Shown here in pieces: positions 17,759 to 25,941 of a stretch of DNA of 64,000 nucleotides; position 1 is the first letter of the stretch, and each line of letters begins with the position of its first letter. The notes under the pieces are model-generated. The model did not search any database and was not told where the DNA came from. It saw nothing but the letters and a program-made list of their open reading frames with translations. Both the position numbers and the translations under genes were made by a program. The stretch covers positions 4,031-68,030 of the forward strand of contig JBIKWZ010000006.1 in NCBI GenBank assembly GCA_044356035.1, written 5' to 3'. Origin of the DNA: Cyanobium sp. GTDB taxonomy: Bacteria > Cyanobacteriota > Cyanobacteriia > PCC-6307 > Cyanobiaceae.

Positions 17759-19054
17759 CTAGGCAGCGGAGTTGGGGGATTTCAGCTCAGAGGCACTCAG
17801 CTCAGGAGGCAGCAGCTCCTGCACCAGGGCCGCCAGGCTGGCCACCGCCCCCGGCTGGCCCCGCAGGCTGCGCAGATCGGAGCGCATCTGCTCCAGTCGC
17901 TCCGGTGCCGCCAGCCAGTCGGCGGCTTCAGCGGCGATGGCCTCAGGGGTGATCGCCCCAACCCGCTCCGGCACCACCAAGCGGCCAGCGGCAATGTTGG
18001 GCGAGGCCAGAAAGCCCCGGTGGCGCAGCCGCCAGGCCGTAATCAGCACCCCAAACAGCCAGCGCAGCAGGGGCAACCGCCCCAGCAATCCGGCCAGTCC
18101 ATCCCAGGCCTGCATGACGTGCAGGTGCTGGGTTGGCACCAGCACCAGCATCGGCACCCCCAAAGCAGCTAGTTCGGCGGTATTGGCGCCCACGGTGGTG
18201 AGGGCCAGGGAGCACTGGCTCAAGCTGCCGTAAGCCGGATTCTCCCGAACCATCCGAATCCTGGTGCCAGCTGGCGTCTCAAGTAGATCCGGAGCCAGCA
18301 GGCGGGGCTGACCCGACCGGTAGGTACGGGCGATCGGATTGGCGGGGCCTGCCTGAGTCAGCAGCTCCTCCACAGCAGTGGTAGGTGCCAAGGGCAACAG
18401 AAAGCGACAGCCAGGACGCAGAGCCGCCAGCCGGTCGGCCGTCTCCAGCAAAAACGGCATGCCCACGCGCAACTTGGCCCGCTTCGAGCCGGGCAGCAGC
18501 GCCAACCACTCCCCTGCCGGCAAGGGCGCCTCGCTGCGGGCCGACTCCGAGAGGTCTGCCATCAAGTCACCCACCACCGTGCAGCGGGATGCCCAACGCG
18601 GTGCCAACTTGTCAGCAGCCAGGGGCCCCATGGCAGCGATGCGATCGTTCCAGCGGGGCCAGCGGGCTACCCATTCCGCATAGGTGAGATGGCGGTAACC
18701 CAGCCGTGCCGAGAGCAGCACGGTCCAAAACTGATCACCCCCTAAAAACACCACCAGTCCCTGGCGGGGCCAGGGGCCAAACCGCTGGGGGCGCAGTAGC
18801 AGCGACCAAAATTGACGCGCCGGCACGATGCGCTCAAACAGGCCCCAGGCGGCGGCGGCTTGATGCTCCAGTCCCGTGCCATTTGGACAGGGCACAAGCA
18901 GCAACTTGAGGCTGCAGGCTGCCCCAGGCACTTCAGGCCGCAGTGGCATCTGGCGATGCAGGCGCTGGGCGAGGGGCCTAACCCAGGTGGACAGCTCTCC
19001 AGGGCCGTTGCTGACAAGCACGATCGCTGCCGAGGGCCGGATCGATTCGGGCAA
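17759..19054 (-). CDS. Lipid-A-disaccharide-synthase-related glycosyltransferase (cyanobacterial LpxB-like family)
   Basis: IVLVSNGPGELSTWVRPLA near the N-terminus and TVGANTAELAALGVPMLVLVP near the C-terminus resemble LpxB. The track ORF runs to 19249 but its first ~56 codons are the reverse translation of a tRNA gene. Start provisionally set at the in-frame TTG at 19054. Confidence 0.6.
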   Translation of the reverse strand: MPESIRPSAAIVLVSNGPGELSTWVRPLAQRLHRQMPLRPEVPGAACSLKLLLVPCPNGTGLEHQAAAAWGLFERIVPARQFWSLLLRPQRFGPWPRQGLVVFLGGDQFWTVLLSARLGYRHLTYAEWVARWPRWNDRIAAMGPLAADKLAPRWASRCTVVGDLMADLSESARSEAPLPAGEWLALLPGSKRAKLRVGMPFLLETADRLAALRPGCRFLLPLAPTTAVEELLTQAGPANPIARTYRSGQPRLLAPDLLETPAGTRIRMVRENPAYGSLSQCSLALTTVGANTAELAALGVPMLVLVPTQHLHVMQAWDGLAGLLGRLPLLRWLFGVLITAWRLRHRGFLASPNIAAGRLVVPERVGAITPEAIAAEAADWLAAPERLEQMRSDLRSLRGQPGAVASLAALVQELLPPELSASELKSPNSAA

Positions 19055-19079
19055 GGCCTGGATGGCTCGAATTAAGAAA

Positions 19080-19161
19080 TGCGGATGACGAGACTTGAAC
19101 TCGTAAGGCCGAAGCCACACGCCCCTCAAACGTGCGTGTCTACCAATTCCACCACATCCGC
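19080..19161 (-). tRNA. tRNA-Leu (anticodon GAG)
   Basis: Minus strand GCGGATG TG GTG GAATTGGTAGAC CAC G CACGT TTGAGGG GCGTG, a long variable arm (GGCTTCGGCC), ACGAG TTCAAGT CTCGT, CATCCGC A. The full cloverleaf was checked by hand. CCA is not encoded. Confidence 0.93.
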
Positions 19162-19291
19162 ATGTGGTTCGGATCGCTGGGCGTTCCGGTGCGAGCAATA
19201 TACCCATCGCCGGCGCCAGAACCCTCTGAGGGAGATGTCCAGGCAGCACTGATACAGTCCGCCTCAGCCCATATCAGCTGAGACGCCGCGG

Positions 19292-20650
19292 ATGCCCATC
19301 GGCAAGCTGCTGATCGCCAACCGTGGCGAGATAGCCCTACGCATCCTGCGCACCTGCAGGGAGCTCGGCATTCCCACCGTCGCGGTCTACAGCACGGTGG
19401 ATAAAAACGCCCTGCACGTGCAGCTCGCCGACGAAGCCGTATGCGTTGGCGAAGCGCCCAGCAGCAAGAGCTACCTCCACATCCCCAACATTTTGGCGGC
19501 GGCCACCTCCCGGGGTGCTGACGCAATTCACCCCGGCTACGGCTTTCTGGCCGAAAACGACCGCTTCGCCGAGATCTGCGCCGACCACGGCATCACGTTT
19601 GTGGGTCCCTCCCCCGAGGCCATCCGCTCGATGGGAGATAAGTCGACCGCTAAGGCCACCATGGAACGGGTGGGGGTGCCCACCATCCCCGGTAGTGCCG
19701 GCTTGCTCGCCAGCCCGGAGGAGGCTGCGCGATTGGCCGAATCGATGGGCTACCCGGTGATGATCAAGGCCACAGCTGGTGGCGGCGGCCGCGGCATGCG
19801 CCTGGTGCCTGGGCCCGATCAAATCGAGAGCCTGTTCAAAGCGGCCCAGGGGGAAGCGGAGGCTGCCTTCGGCAACCCTGGCCTCTACATGGAGAAATTC
19901 ATCGACCGGCCCCGACACGTGGAAGTGCAGGTGCTGGCCGATCGCCACGGCAACGTGATCCACCTGGGCGAGCGCGACTGTTCGATCCAGCGCCGCCACC
20001 AAAAGCTGCTGGAAGAGGCTCCCAGCGTGGCCATCAACGCCGACCTGCGCCGCCAGATGGGCGATGCCGCCGTGGCCGCCGCCCGCACCATTGGCTACGA
20101 GGGCGCCGGCACCGTGGAATTCCTGGTGGACCGCAGTGGGGCGTTTTATTTCATGGAAATGAATACCCGCATCCAGGTGGAACATCCGGTCACCGAGATG
20201 GTCACAGGGGTAGATCTGATCGCCGAACAGTTGCGTATTGCCGGTGGGGAGCCGATCTCGGTCACCCAAGACCAGATCAAGCTCTGCGGGCACGCCATCG
20301 AGGCGCGCATTAACGCCGAAGACCCCCGCCAAAACTTTCGGCCAGCCCCCGGCAAAATCACCGGCTGGCTACCTCCTGGCGGCCCCGGTGTGCGGGTCGA
20401 TAGCCACGTGTACACCGGCTATGAGATCCCGCCCTTCTACGACTCCTTGATCGGCAAGGTGATCGTGTGGGGCACGGATCGCCCCCACGCCCTCAGGCGG
20501 CTGCGCCGGGCCCTGTCGGAATGCGCGGTGACCGGCATTCCCACCACCATCGACTTTCACCTGCAATTGCTGGATCGCCCCGAATTTCAGGCGGGCGACG
20601 TACACACCAAATTCGTGGAGCAGGACATGCTTCCGCAGAAGGGCAGCTAA
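19292..20650 (+). CDS. accC: Acetyl-CoA carboxylase, biotin carboxylase subunit
   Basis: [27 protein letters not shown]..., ATP-grasp [31 protein letters not shown]. Confidence 0.97.
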   Translation: MPIGKLLIANRGEIALRILRTCRELGIPTVAVYSTVDKNALHVQLADEAVCVGEAPSSKSYLHIPNILAAATSRGADAIHPGYGFLAENDRFAEICADHGITFVGPSPEAIRSMGDKSTAKATMERVGVPTIPGSAGLLASPEEAARLAESMGYPVMIKATAGGGGRGMRLVPGPDQIESLFKAAQGEAEAAFGNPGLYMEKFIDRPRHVEVQVLADRHGNVIHLGERDCSIQRRHQKLLEEAPSVAINADLRRQMGDAAVAAARTIGYEGAGTVEFLVDRSGAFYFMEMNTRIQVEHPVTEMVTGVDLIAEQLRIAGGEPISVTQDQIKLCGHAIEARINAEDPRQNFRPAPGKITGWLPPGGPGVRVDSHVYTGYEIPPFYDSLIGKVIVWGTDRPHALRRLRRALSECAVTGIPTTIDFHLQLLDRPEFQAGDVHTKFVEQDMLPQKGS

Positions 20651-20663
20651 GCCGGATCTCAGT

Positions 20664-21008
20664 TCAGCCGATCCCGGCGCTCTGGGCCCGAAACAACACC
20701 TGACTGACAAGCCCCTGCTGCCCCACCAAAATTTCCCGCACCAGACTGAGCAGGCCCACCCACACCACCGGCGTCACATCAACGCCACCGATTGGTTTGA
20801 TCAGCCGACGGGTGAGGGCAAGCAAGGGCTCGGTGGGGGCTCCGATCAAGCGCATCGCTCCGCGGCTCAGGTCAATCTGGGGATACCAGGTGAGCACGAT
20901 GCGAAACAGAAAAAGCAAGGTCCAAAGCGCCAGGCCCAGGGCCAGGGCCAAGTGCACGCCGGACAACAACGGCAGCCAGGACTGGGGTAGGGAGGGGGCT
21001 GCCGTCAC
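20664..21008 (-). CDS. yggT: YggT (Ycf19) family membrane protein
   Basis: LLFLFRIVLTWYPQIDLS...EPLLALTRRLIKPIGGVDVTPVV is the typical YggT signature. Confidence 0.8.
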   Translation of the reverse strand: MTAAPSLPQSWLPLLSGVHLALALGLALWTLLFLFRIVLTWYPQIDLSRGAMRLIGAPTEPLLALTRRLIKPIGGVDVTPVVWVGLLSLVREILVGQQGLVSQVLFRAQSAGIG

Positions 21009-21097
21009 AAAGCTCTAAGTAGCTGGGCTCCCAGCGTAGGAAGCCGCCACCAATGCCTAGGATCGCGCCACGATCAAGCCATAGAGCTGTTCCTGCC

Positions 21098-21220
21098 ATG
21101 ACGCCATCACTGGCCAATTTCCTGACCAGCCTGCTTGCCGGCGCCGTGATCGTGGTGGTGCCCATTACGATCGGGCTGGTGCTGATCAGCCAAAACGATC
21201 AGCTTGATCGCCGCCTTTGA
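21098..21220 (+). CDS. psbX: Photosystem II protein PsbX
   Basis: Not in the track (40 aa). Hand translation: [40 protein letters not shown]. The [10 protein letters not shown]-terminus plus a single TM helix match PsbX, and the yggT-psbX-ycf66 neighbourhood fits. Confidence 0.8.
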   Translation: MTPSLANFLTSLLAGAVIVVVPITIGLVLISQNDQLDRRL

Positions 21221-21306
21221 GCTTCCGGCACCTGAGTAACTCCAAGTCCCTGGCTGCTCGGGCTCAGCTGCCTACACTTACGAGACGGACTCTCGGGTGA
21301 AAAACC

Positions 21307-22203
21307 GTGGTTAATGCCAGCCTGAACTGGGCCAGCATCGTGGGCATAGTGCTTGCGGTGGGCGGTGCACTGCTTTATTTCATGCGGAGCTTCAAGCCCG
21401 CCCTCGCCCGCGATTACGACGTCTTTTTCGCTGCGGTTGGCCTGCTCTGCGGCGGCATCCTGTTTTTTCAGGGGTGGCGCCTCGATCCAATCCTGCAATT
21501 TGGACAGTTTCTGCTCGCCGGCACCACTGTCTTTTTCGCCTACGAAAGTGTGCGCCTGCGGGGGGTAACCACTGAGCAGGCGCGCCGGTCGTCCTACTTC
21601 GACGACGACGAACCAATGCCTGAACCAGGCCCCTTTAGGCCCAGAATGGGTGGCCGCGCCTGGGGCGAGGCCTCTACGGATCGCTTTGATGAGCCCGAGC
21701 CACTGAGGCGCCGCATCCCCTCCCGCGGCGAAGGCGATGCGCCAGAAGAGGAAGACTTTTACAGGGCACCCCGGCCCAGCAGTAGGGCCGCCATCCCGGA
21801 AAGGGCCGCCAGCCGCCGCCCTGCGCAAGAGGATTGGGCACCCCAAAGCTCTAGCCGGCCCAGTATCGATTTCGGTGCCCGCAGGCGTGATCGAGATGCC
21901 GCAGTTGAGCCCCGGCGCGGCAGCCGGCCGACAGCCGCTAGTGAGGCCATGCCTCGCTCCAGCCGCAGGCCCGCGCCCACTCCCCCTTCTCCTGCCCCAG
22001 AATCGCCTAGGGCCTCCCAACCAGCGGGCGTGCCCCAGGGCTCACCGATCAGCCCAGCAACCCCTGCCAGCGGCAGAAGCAATCGCCCAGTGGCAAGCGA
22101 TATCAGTGATGCGGACTTCACCCCAGTGAAACCGTCCAGTCGCCCCGAGCCCAGCCCCCGAGGCATTAGCCCCCGGGACAACAGCTCCCGCTTCGACGAC
22201 TGA
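21307..22203 (+). CDS. ycf66: Ycf66 family protein with a long Pro/Arg/Ser-rich C-terminal extension
   Basis: N-terminal ~95 aa: LNWASIVGIVLAVGGALLYFMRSFKP...DYDVFFAAVGLLCGGILFFQGWRLDPILQFGQFLLAG. The remaining ~200 aa are low-complexity. Confidence 0.75.
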   Translation: MVNASLNWASIVGIVLAVGGALLYFMRSFKPALARDYDVFFAAVGLLCGGILFFQGWRLDPILQFGQFLLAGTTVFFAYESVRLRGVTTEQARRSSYFDDDEPMPEPGPFRPRMGGRAWGEASTDRFDEPEPLRRRIPSRGEGDAPEEEDFYRAPRPSSRAAIPERAASRRPAQEDWAPQSSSRPSIDFGARRRDRDAAVEPRRGSRPTAASEAMPRSSRRPAPTPPSPAPESPRASQPAGVPQGSPISPATPASGRSNRPVASDISDADFTPVKPSSRPEPSPRGISPRDNSSRFDD

Positions 22204-22223
22204 AGCTTTTCGCCGCCAACAGA

Positions 22224-22784
22224 TTGGGGCCCCTAGGGGTGTCTGCCCTGCTGCTGACAGCCCTGACCTTTCTTGTCAGCGGCTGCTCCGGTGGAGCGTG
22301 GCTGGCACGCCGCAGTGCCGGTCCGGTTGGGGTATTCAACGGCAACAGCCGCCAAGAACCCGCCCTCAGCGGCCAGGGGCGATTTCTTGCCTCAGTGGTT
22401 GATCGGGGCGGCCGGGCCACCCTGCTGTTGCAGGAGCAGCCCAGCGGCCGAATCGTGCCCCTGCGCCATTTCCAAAACCGCCAGCCCCACAGCTCCCCCT
22501 CCCTTAGCTGGAACGGTCGTTATGTGGCGGCCCTGGTGCAACAGGGCAACCAAAGACTGGCCCTGATCGAAGACCGAGCCAACGGCAACCTGCACCGGCT
22601 TCCCCTACCGGCGGACCGCACTGCAGTGCGCCTCAGTCTCTCCCCGGAGGCACGCCAGCTGGCGGTGCAGGTGGCCCAGGCTGGCCAGTGGCGCGTGCAG
22701 CTGTTTGATCTGCGCAGCCTGCTTGAGCCAGACCTGCCCGGCGGCCTTGCCGTTCAGGGGGGCGGAGCCCAGCCCTCACCATGA
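22224..22784 (+). CDS. Lipoprotein with TolB-like beta-propeller repeats (paralogue A)
   Basis: Lipobox LVSGCSG. Repeats of the type EPALSGQGRFLASVVDRGG...LLLQE and PSLSWNGRYVAALV. Start codon uncertain (TTG in the track). Confidence 0.6.
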   Translation: MGPLGVSALLLTALTFLVSGCSGGAWLARRSAGPVGVFNGNSRQEPALSGQGRFLASVVDRGGRATLLLQEQPSGRIVPLRHFQNRQPHSSPSLSWNGRYVAALVQQGNQRLALIEDRANGNLHRLPLPADRTAVRLSLSPEARQLAVQVAQAGQWRVQLFDLRSLLEPDLPGGLAVQGGGAQPSP

Positions 22785-23272
22785 GCAGCTCGCTACCAAA
22801 TAGAGCCATCGCAGTAGCAGCAATAGGCCTGCTGCTGGGCGGCTGCCTTGCCCCCATGCCCCAGCCCCTAGCGCCGCTCAACTCCAGGCTGGAAGCCATA
22901 GGTGCCAACCGGGATCCAGCCCTCTCAGGGCGCTGGCTGGCCCTAATCAGCGGCAGGGGCGGCCGCGAACAGGTGCTGCTACTGGATCTGGAGCGCCAGC
23001 AGCCCGTAGACCTTCCGGGCCTCAACCGGGCTGATGCCCAACCGGTGAGCGTCAGCGTCGACGCTGCAGGAGAGCGAATTGCCCTGGTGCGGCAGCTGGA
23101 GGGACGCACCGAGTTGGTGCTCTACCGGCGTTCCCTGCAGAGCCTGCAACCCATACCCATGGTGCCCAGCGGCGTTGCCCGCCAGGTGCAGCTGCAGGCC
23201 GATGGTCGCCAGCTGGCTGTGCAGGTGAGCAGAGGCGGGATCTGGCAGGTGGATCTGGTGCTAATTCCTTAG
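22781..23272 (+). CDS. Lipoprotein with TolB-like beta-propeller repeats (paralogue B)
   Basis: Lipobox LLGGCLA. DPALSGRWLALISGRGGREQVLLLDLE and RQLAVQVSRGGIWQVDL align by eye with paralogue A. ATGA start/stop overlap. Confidence 0.6.
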   Translation: MSSSLPNRAIAVAAIGLLLGGCLAPMPQPLAPLNSRLEAIGANRDPALSGRWLALISGRGGREQVLLLDLERQQPVDLPGLNRADAQPVSVSVDAAGERIALVRQLEGRTELVLYRRSLQSLQPIPMVPSGVARQVQLQADGRQLAVQVSRGGIWQVDLVLIP

Positions 23273-23284
23273 AGCAGCAGGCGC

Positions 23285-23497
23285 TCAGGGCACCAGGCCA
23301 GCCCAGCGCAGAAACGTCTCGCCGCTCAGGGCTTCGATCAGCAGCACGGCAATGAAGCCCACCATGGCAAAGCGACCATTCACCCGCTCGGCGTAACCAC
23401 TCCAACCAAAGGCCGGCACTTCGCCGGTTGTTGCACTAGTTGCTGCACTAGTTGTTGAGCTGATTTCTGGGCTCTGGTCGGGGCTTGGTTCAGGCAT
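23285..23497 (-). CDS. hli: High-light-inducible protein (one-helix CAB/ELIP/HLIP family)
   Basis: FGWSGYAERVNGRFAMVGFIAVLLIEALSGE is the HLIP chlorophyll-binding helix. Start set at the ATG at 23497 (70 aa) to avoid running into the ABC gene. Confidence 0.85.
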   Translation of the reverse strand: MPEPSPDQSPEISSTTSAATSATTGEVPAFGWSGYAERVNGRFAMVGFIAVLLIEALSGETFLRWAGLVP

Positions 23498-23513
23498 GGG
23501 GTCAGGGAGGGGG

Positions 23514-25505
23514 TCAGGCGTGGCGGCCCACGTCATAGCCGGCCGCGGGTAGCAGCCGCCAGTTGCCGCTGCCATCGAGCTCCAGCACGGTGTCATGGAA
23601 GGCGGTGAGGGTGGGCCTATGACCGACGCTCACAAAAGCCATCTCCCGCTCAGCTAGCAGGGCATAAAGGTGACGCTCAGTTGCCACATCAAGGGCGCTG
23701 GTGGCCTCATCTAGGACAACAAAACTTGGTGAATTGAGCAGCAGGCGCGCAAAGGCCAAACGCTGCTGCTCTCCTAGGGAAAGCAGGCGAGGCCAATCCT
23801 GAATGATGTCGAGATCGGGGTAGCGCCCAACCAGCTCGGGCAGCCGCACCTGCTCCAAAACATGGCGCAGTTGCTCGTCGCTGAAGCGATCTGGCTGGAG
23901 CGGATAGCAAAGCTGCTCGCGCAGGCTGCCAAGCAGCATGTAGGGCTTCTGGGGAATGAACAGCAGATCTCCCTCACTGGGCCGCTCCACCCGACCAGCA
24001 GCTGGGGGCCACAGCCCACTGACCATGCGCAAGAAAGAGGTTTTACCGCAGCCAGATGGGCCCACAACCAGCAAACGCTGATGACGGTCCACCTCAACAC
24101 TGAGGTCGCGGATCAAGGTGCGATTAGTGCGGGGCGGCACCAAATCAACATGGCTAACCAGGATCGAATTTCCACTGCTATCAGTGCTCGTGGCCGCCAA
24201 CCGGGCTTCTAGCGCTGCAGCTTCAATGCCGATTGAATCAACCTTGCCCTGAAAACCCTCAAGACGGCTGATCGAAGCCGAGAAGGCAGCGAGGCGATCA
24301 ATGTTGTTAACAATATAACTCACCGAAGAAAATACCATGCTGAAGGCAAACGTGGCCTGACCAAATACCCCAAAATCAATAACCTTAGAGAAATAAAGAG
24401 GAGCTATAACCAGCCAAGGCAGGAAGCGTGAAAAATAATCATAGGAACGCTGAATTACACTAATCAGCGCTTCCCAGACTATAAGTCGGTCGGCATTGCG
24501 AATGGCACCACCAAGTCTCCGCTCAGCCTCTTTAACCTCCTGCCTTTCACCTCGATAGAAAGCGATCGACTCTGCGTTGTCTCGGATGTGAACTAAGCCG
24601 TAGCGAAAATCGGCTTCCAACTTCAACTGCTTATAATTCAGGTTCACCAACTTTCGACTAGCAAATACGATTAGACCAGTTCCGCCAACCGAATAGCAAA
24701 GTAGCACTATTGCCAAGGTCGCGTTAATAGTCCATAAAACAGTAACGAAGCTTACAAACGTCAGGAGAGCAGTGACAACTTCTACAATGACGCTCAGACT
24801 TGTTCGGGTAAAGCTTTCGGTATCTTGGGAAATCCGCTGATCTGGATTATCAATTTCTTCGATCGACTCGTCGTTTGGATTGAGAATATAATAGGCCTTA
24901 TTGGAAAGATAGCGGCCAAGAAGGCGGCCACTCAGCCACTCACGCCACAATAAGCCTAGCTTGGGAATAAGATATAGTTGGATGGCTCTAAGCGGTAAGG
25001 CAAGAACCAAGCAAAATGCATAAATCGCAACTATCTTCCAGAATTCAATTATATTATATGCAACTAGGGCATTTTCGAGGTTTCGATATATGTAACTAAT
25101 TCCTATATTAATACCATTGATCACCAGGATCAACAGGGTGATCACCGCCATCAACAACCAGGGCAGCCAGCGCCCGTGACGCAACTTGCCGCGGAATGCC
25201 ACAAAACAGCCCAGCCCCCCGGCCAGCAGCACCATCACCAGCGGCCCGATCGGGCTGTTCCAAAGTGCTGCCACCTGCTCGGGCACCCCGGGCAGGAAAC
25301 GACTGCGCAGTTCGGGGATCAAGGCCCCGGTCAGGGCCAAAACCCCAGTGAGCAGCAACAAGGTGCTGCCTACCACCACCGCAAGCAACGCCACCACCAG
25401 CAGTAGAAACTGCCAGCTCTTGGTGTCGTCTACCGGCAGGAAATAGGGCTGGGCCAGGCGCTGCAACTTCGCCAGTTGACCGCGAAGAGCCTTGAAGGAG
25501 TTCAT
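23514..25505 (-). CDS. Half-size ABC transporter, fused permease plus ATPase (ABCD / SbmA-BacA-like membrane domain)
   Basis: 663 aa: N-terminal 6-TM domain, Walker A GPSGCGKTSFLRM, signature LSLGEQQRLAFARLL, Walker B FVVLDEATSALD. Confidence 0.88.
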   Translation of the reverse strand: MNSFKALRGQLAKLQRLAQPYFLPVDDTKSWQFLLLVVALLAVVVGSTLLLLTGVLALTGALIPELRSRFLPGVPEQVAALWNSPIGPLVMVLLAGGLGCFVAFRGKLRHGRWLPWLLMAVITLLILVINGINIGISYIYRNLENALVAYNIIEFWKIVAIYAFCLVLALPLRAIQLYLIPKLGLLWREWLSGRLLGRYLSNKAYYILNPNDESIEEIDNPDQRISQDTESFTRTSLSVIVEVVTALLTFVSFVTVLWTINATLAIVLLCYSVGGTGLIVFASRKLVNLNYKQLKLEADFRYGLVHIRDNAESIAFYRGERQEVKEAERRLGGAIRNADRLIVWEALISVIQRSYDYFSRFLPWLVIAPLYFSKVIDFGVFGQATFAFSMVFSSVSYIVNNIDRLAAFSASISRLEGFQGKVDSIGIEAAALEARLAATSTDSSGNSILVSHVDLVPPRTNRTLIRDLSVEVDRHQRLLVVGPSGCGKTSFLRMVSGLWPPAAGRVERPSEGDLLFIPQKPYMLLGSLREQLCYPLQPDRFSDEQLRHVLEQVRLPELVGRYPDLDIIQDWPRLLSLGEQQRLAFARLLLNSPSFVVLDEATSALDVATERHLYALLAEREMAFVSVGHRPTLTAFHDTVLELDGSGNWRLLPAAGYDVGRHA

Positions 25506-25543
25506 GGAGCAGGTCGTATCAGGTCATTGTCGCGGGCCCGCGG

Positions 25544-25885
25544 TCAGCCCGGGGGCCAGGCCAGCGGACGCCCACCAAGCACATGCACATGCAGGTGAAA
25601 CACGGTCTGGCCCGCATCCGCGCCGCTGTTAATAACCGTGCGGAACGACTCCAGACCCTCCTGGCGGGCCACCTGGGCAGCCACCAACAGCAAGTGGCCG
25701 AGCAGGGCCTCGTGCCCTGCGGTGGCATCAGCAAGCTGGGCAATCGGCTGGCGTGGAATCACCAGCACATGGACTGGAGCCTGGGGCGTTACGTCGCGGA
25801 AAGCCAGGCAATGCTCATCGGCATACACCTGATCGCAGGGGATCTCGCCGCGGAGGATACGCCCAAAGATCGTGTCTTGGCTCAC
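25544..25885 (-). CDS. HIT (histidine triad) family nucleotide hydrolase
   Basis: IFGRILRGEIPCDQVYADEHCLAFRDVTPQAPVHVLVIP...GQTVFHLHVHVLGG. Confidence 0.9.
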   Translation of the reverse strand: MSQDTIFGRILRGEIPCDQVYADEHCLAFRDVTPQAPVHVLVIPRQPIAQLADATAGHEALLGHLLLVAAQVARQEGLESFRTVINSGADAGQTVFHLHVHVLGGRPLAWPPG

Positions 25886-25941
25886 AGGGGCAACGGGGGT
25901 GGGACAGGGGTGGCACTAACGAGGTAGTGGCCCATGGCGTG

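Noticed and set aside
21199-22020. 273-aa minus-strand ORF
   Set aside because: It is antisense to ycf66, whose N-terminal domain is recognisable. Its composition is Gly/Arg/Pro/Ala-rich.
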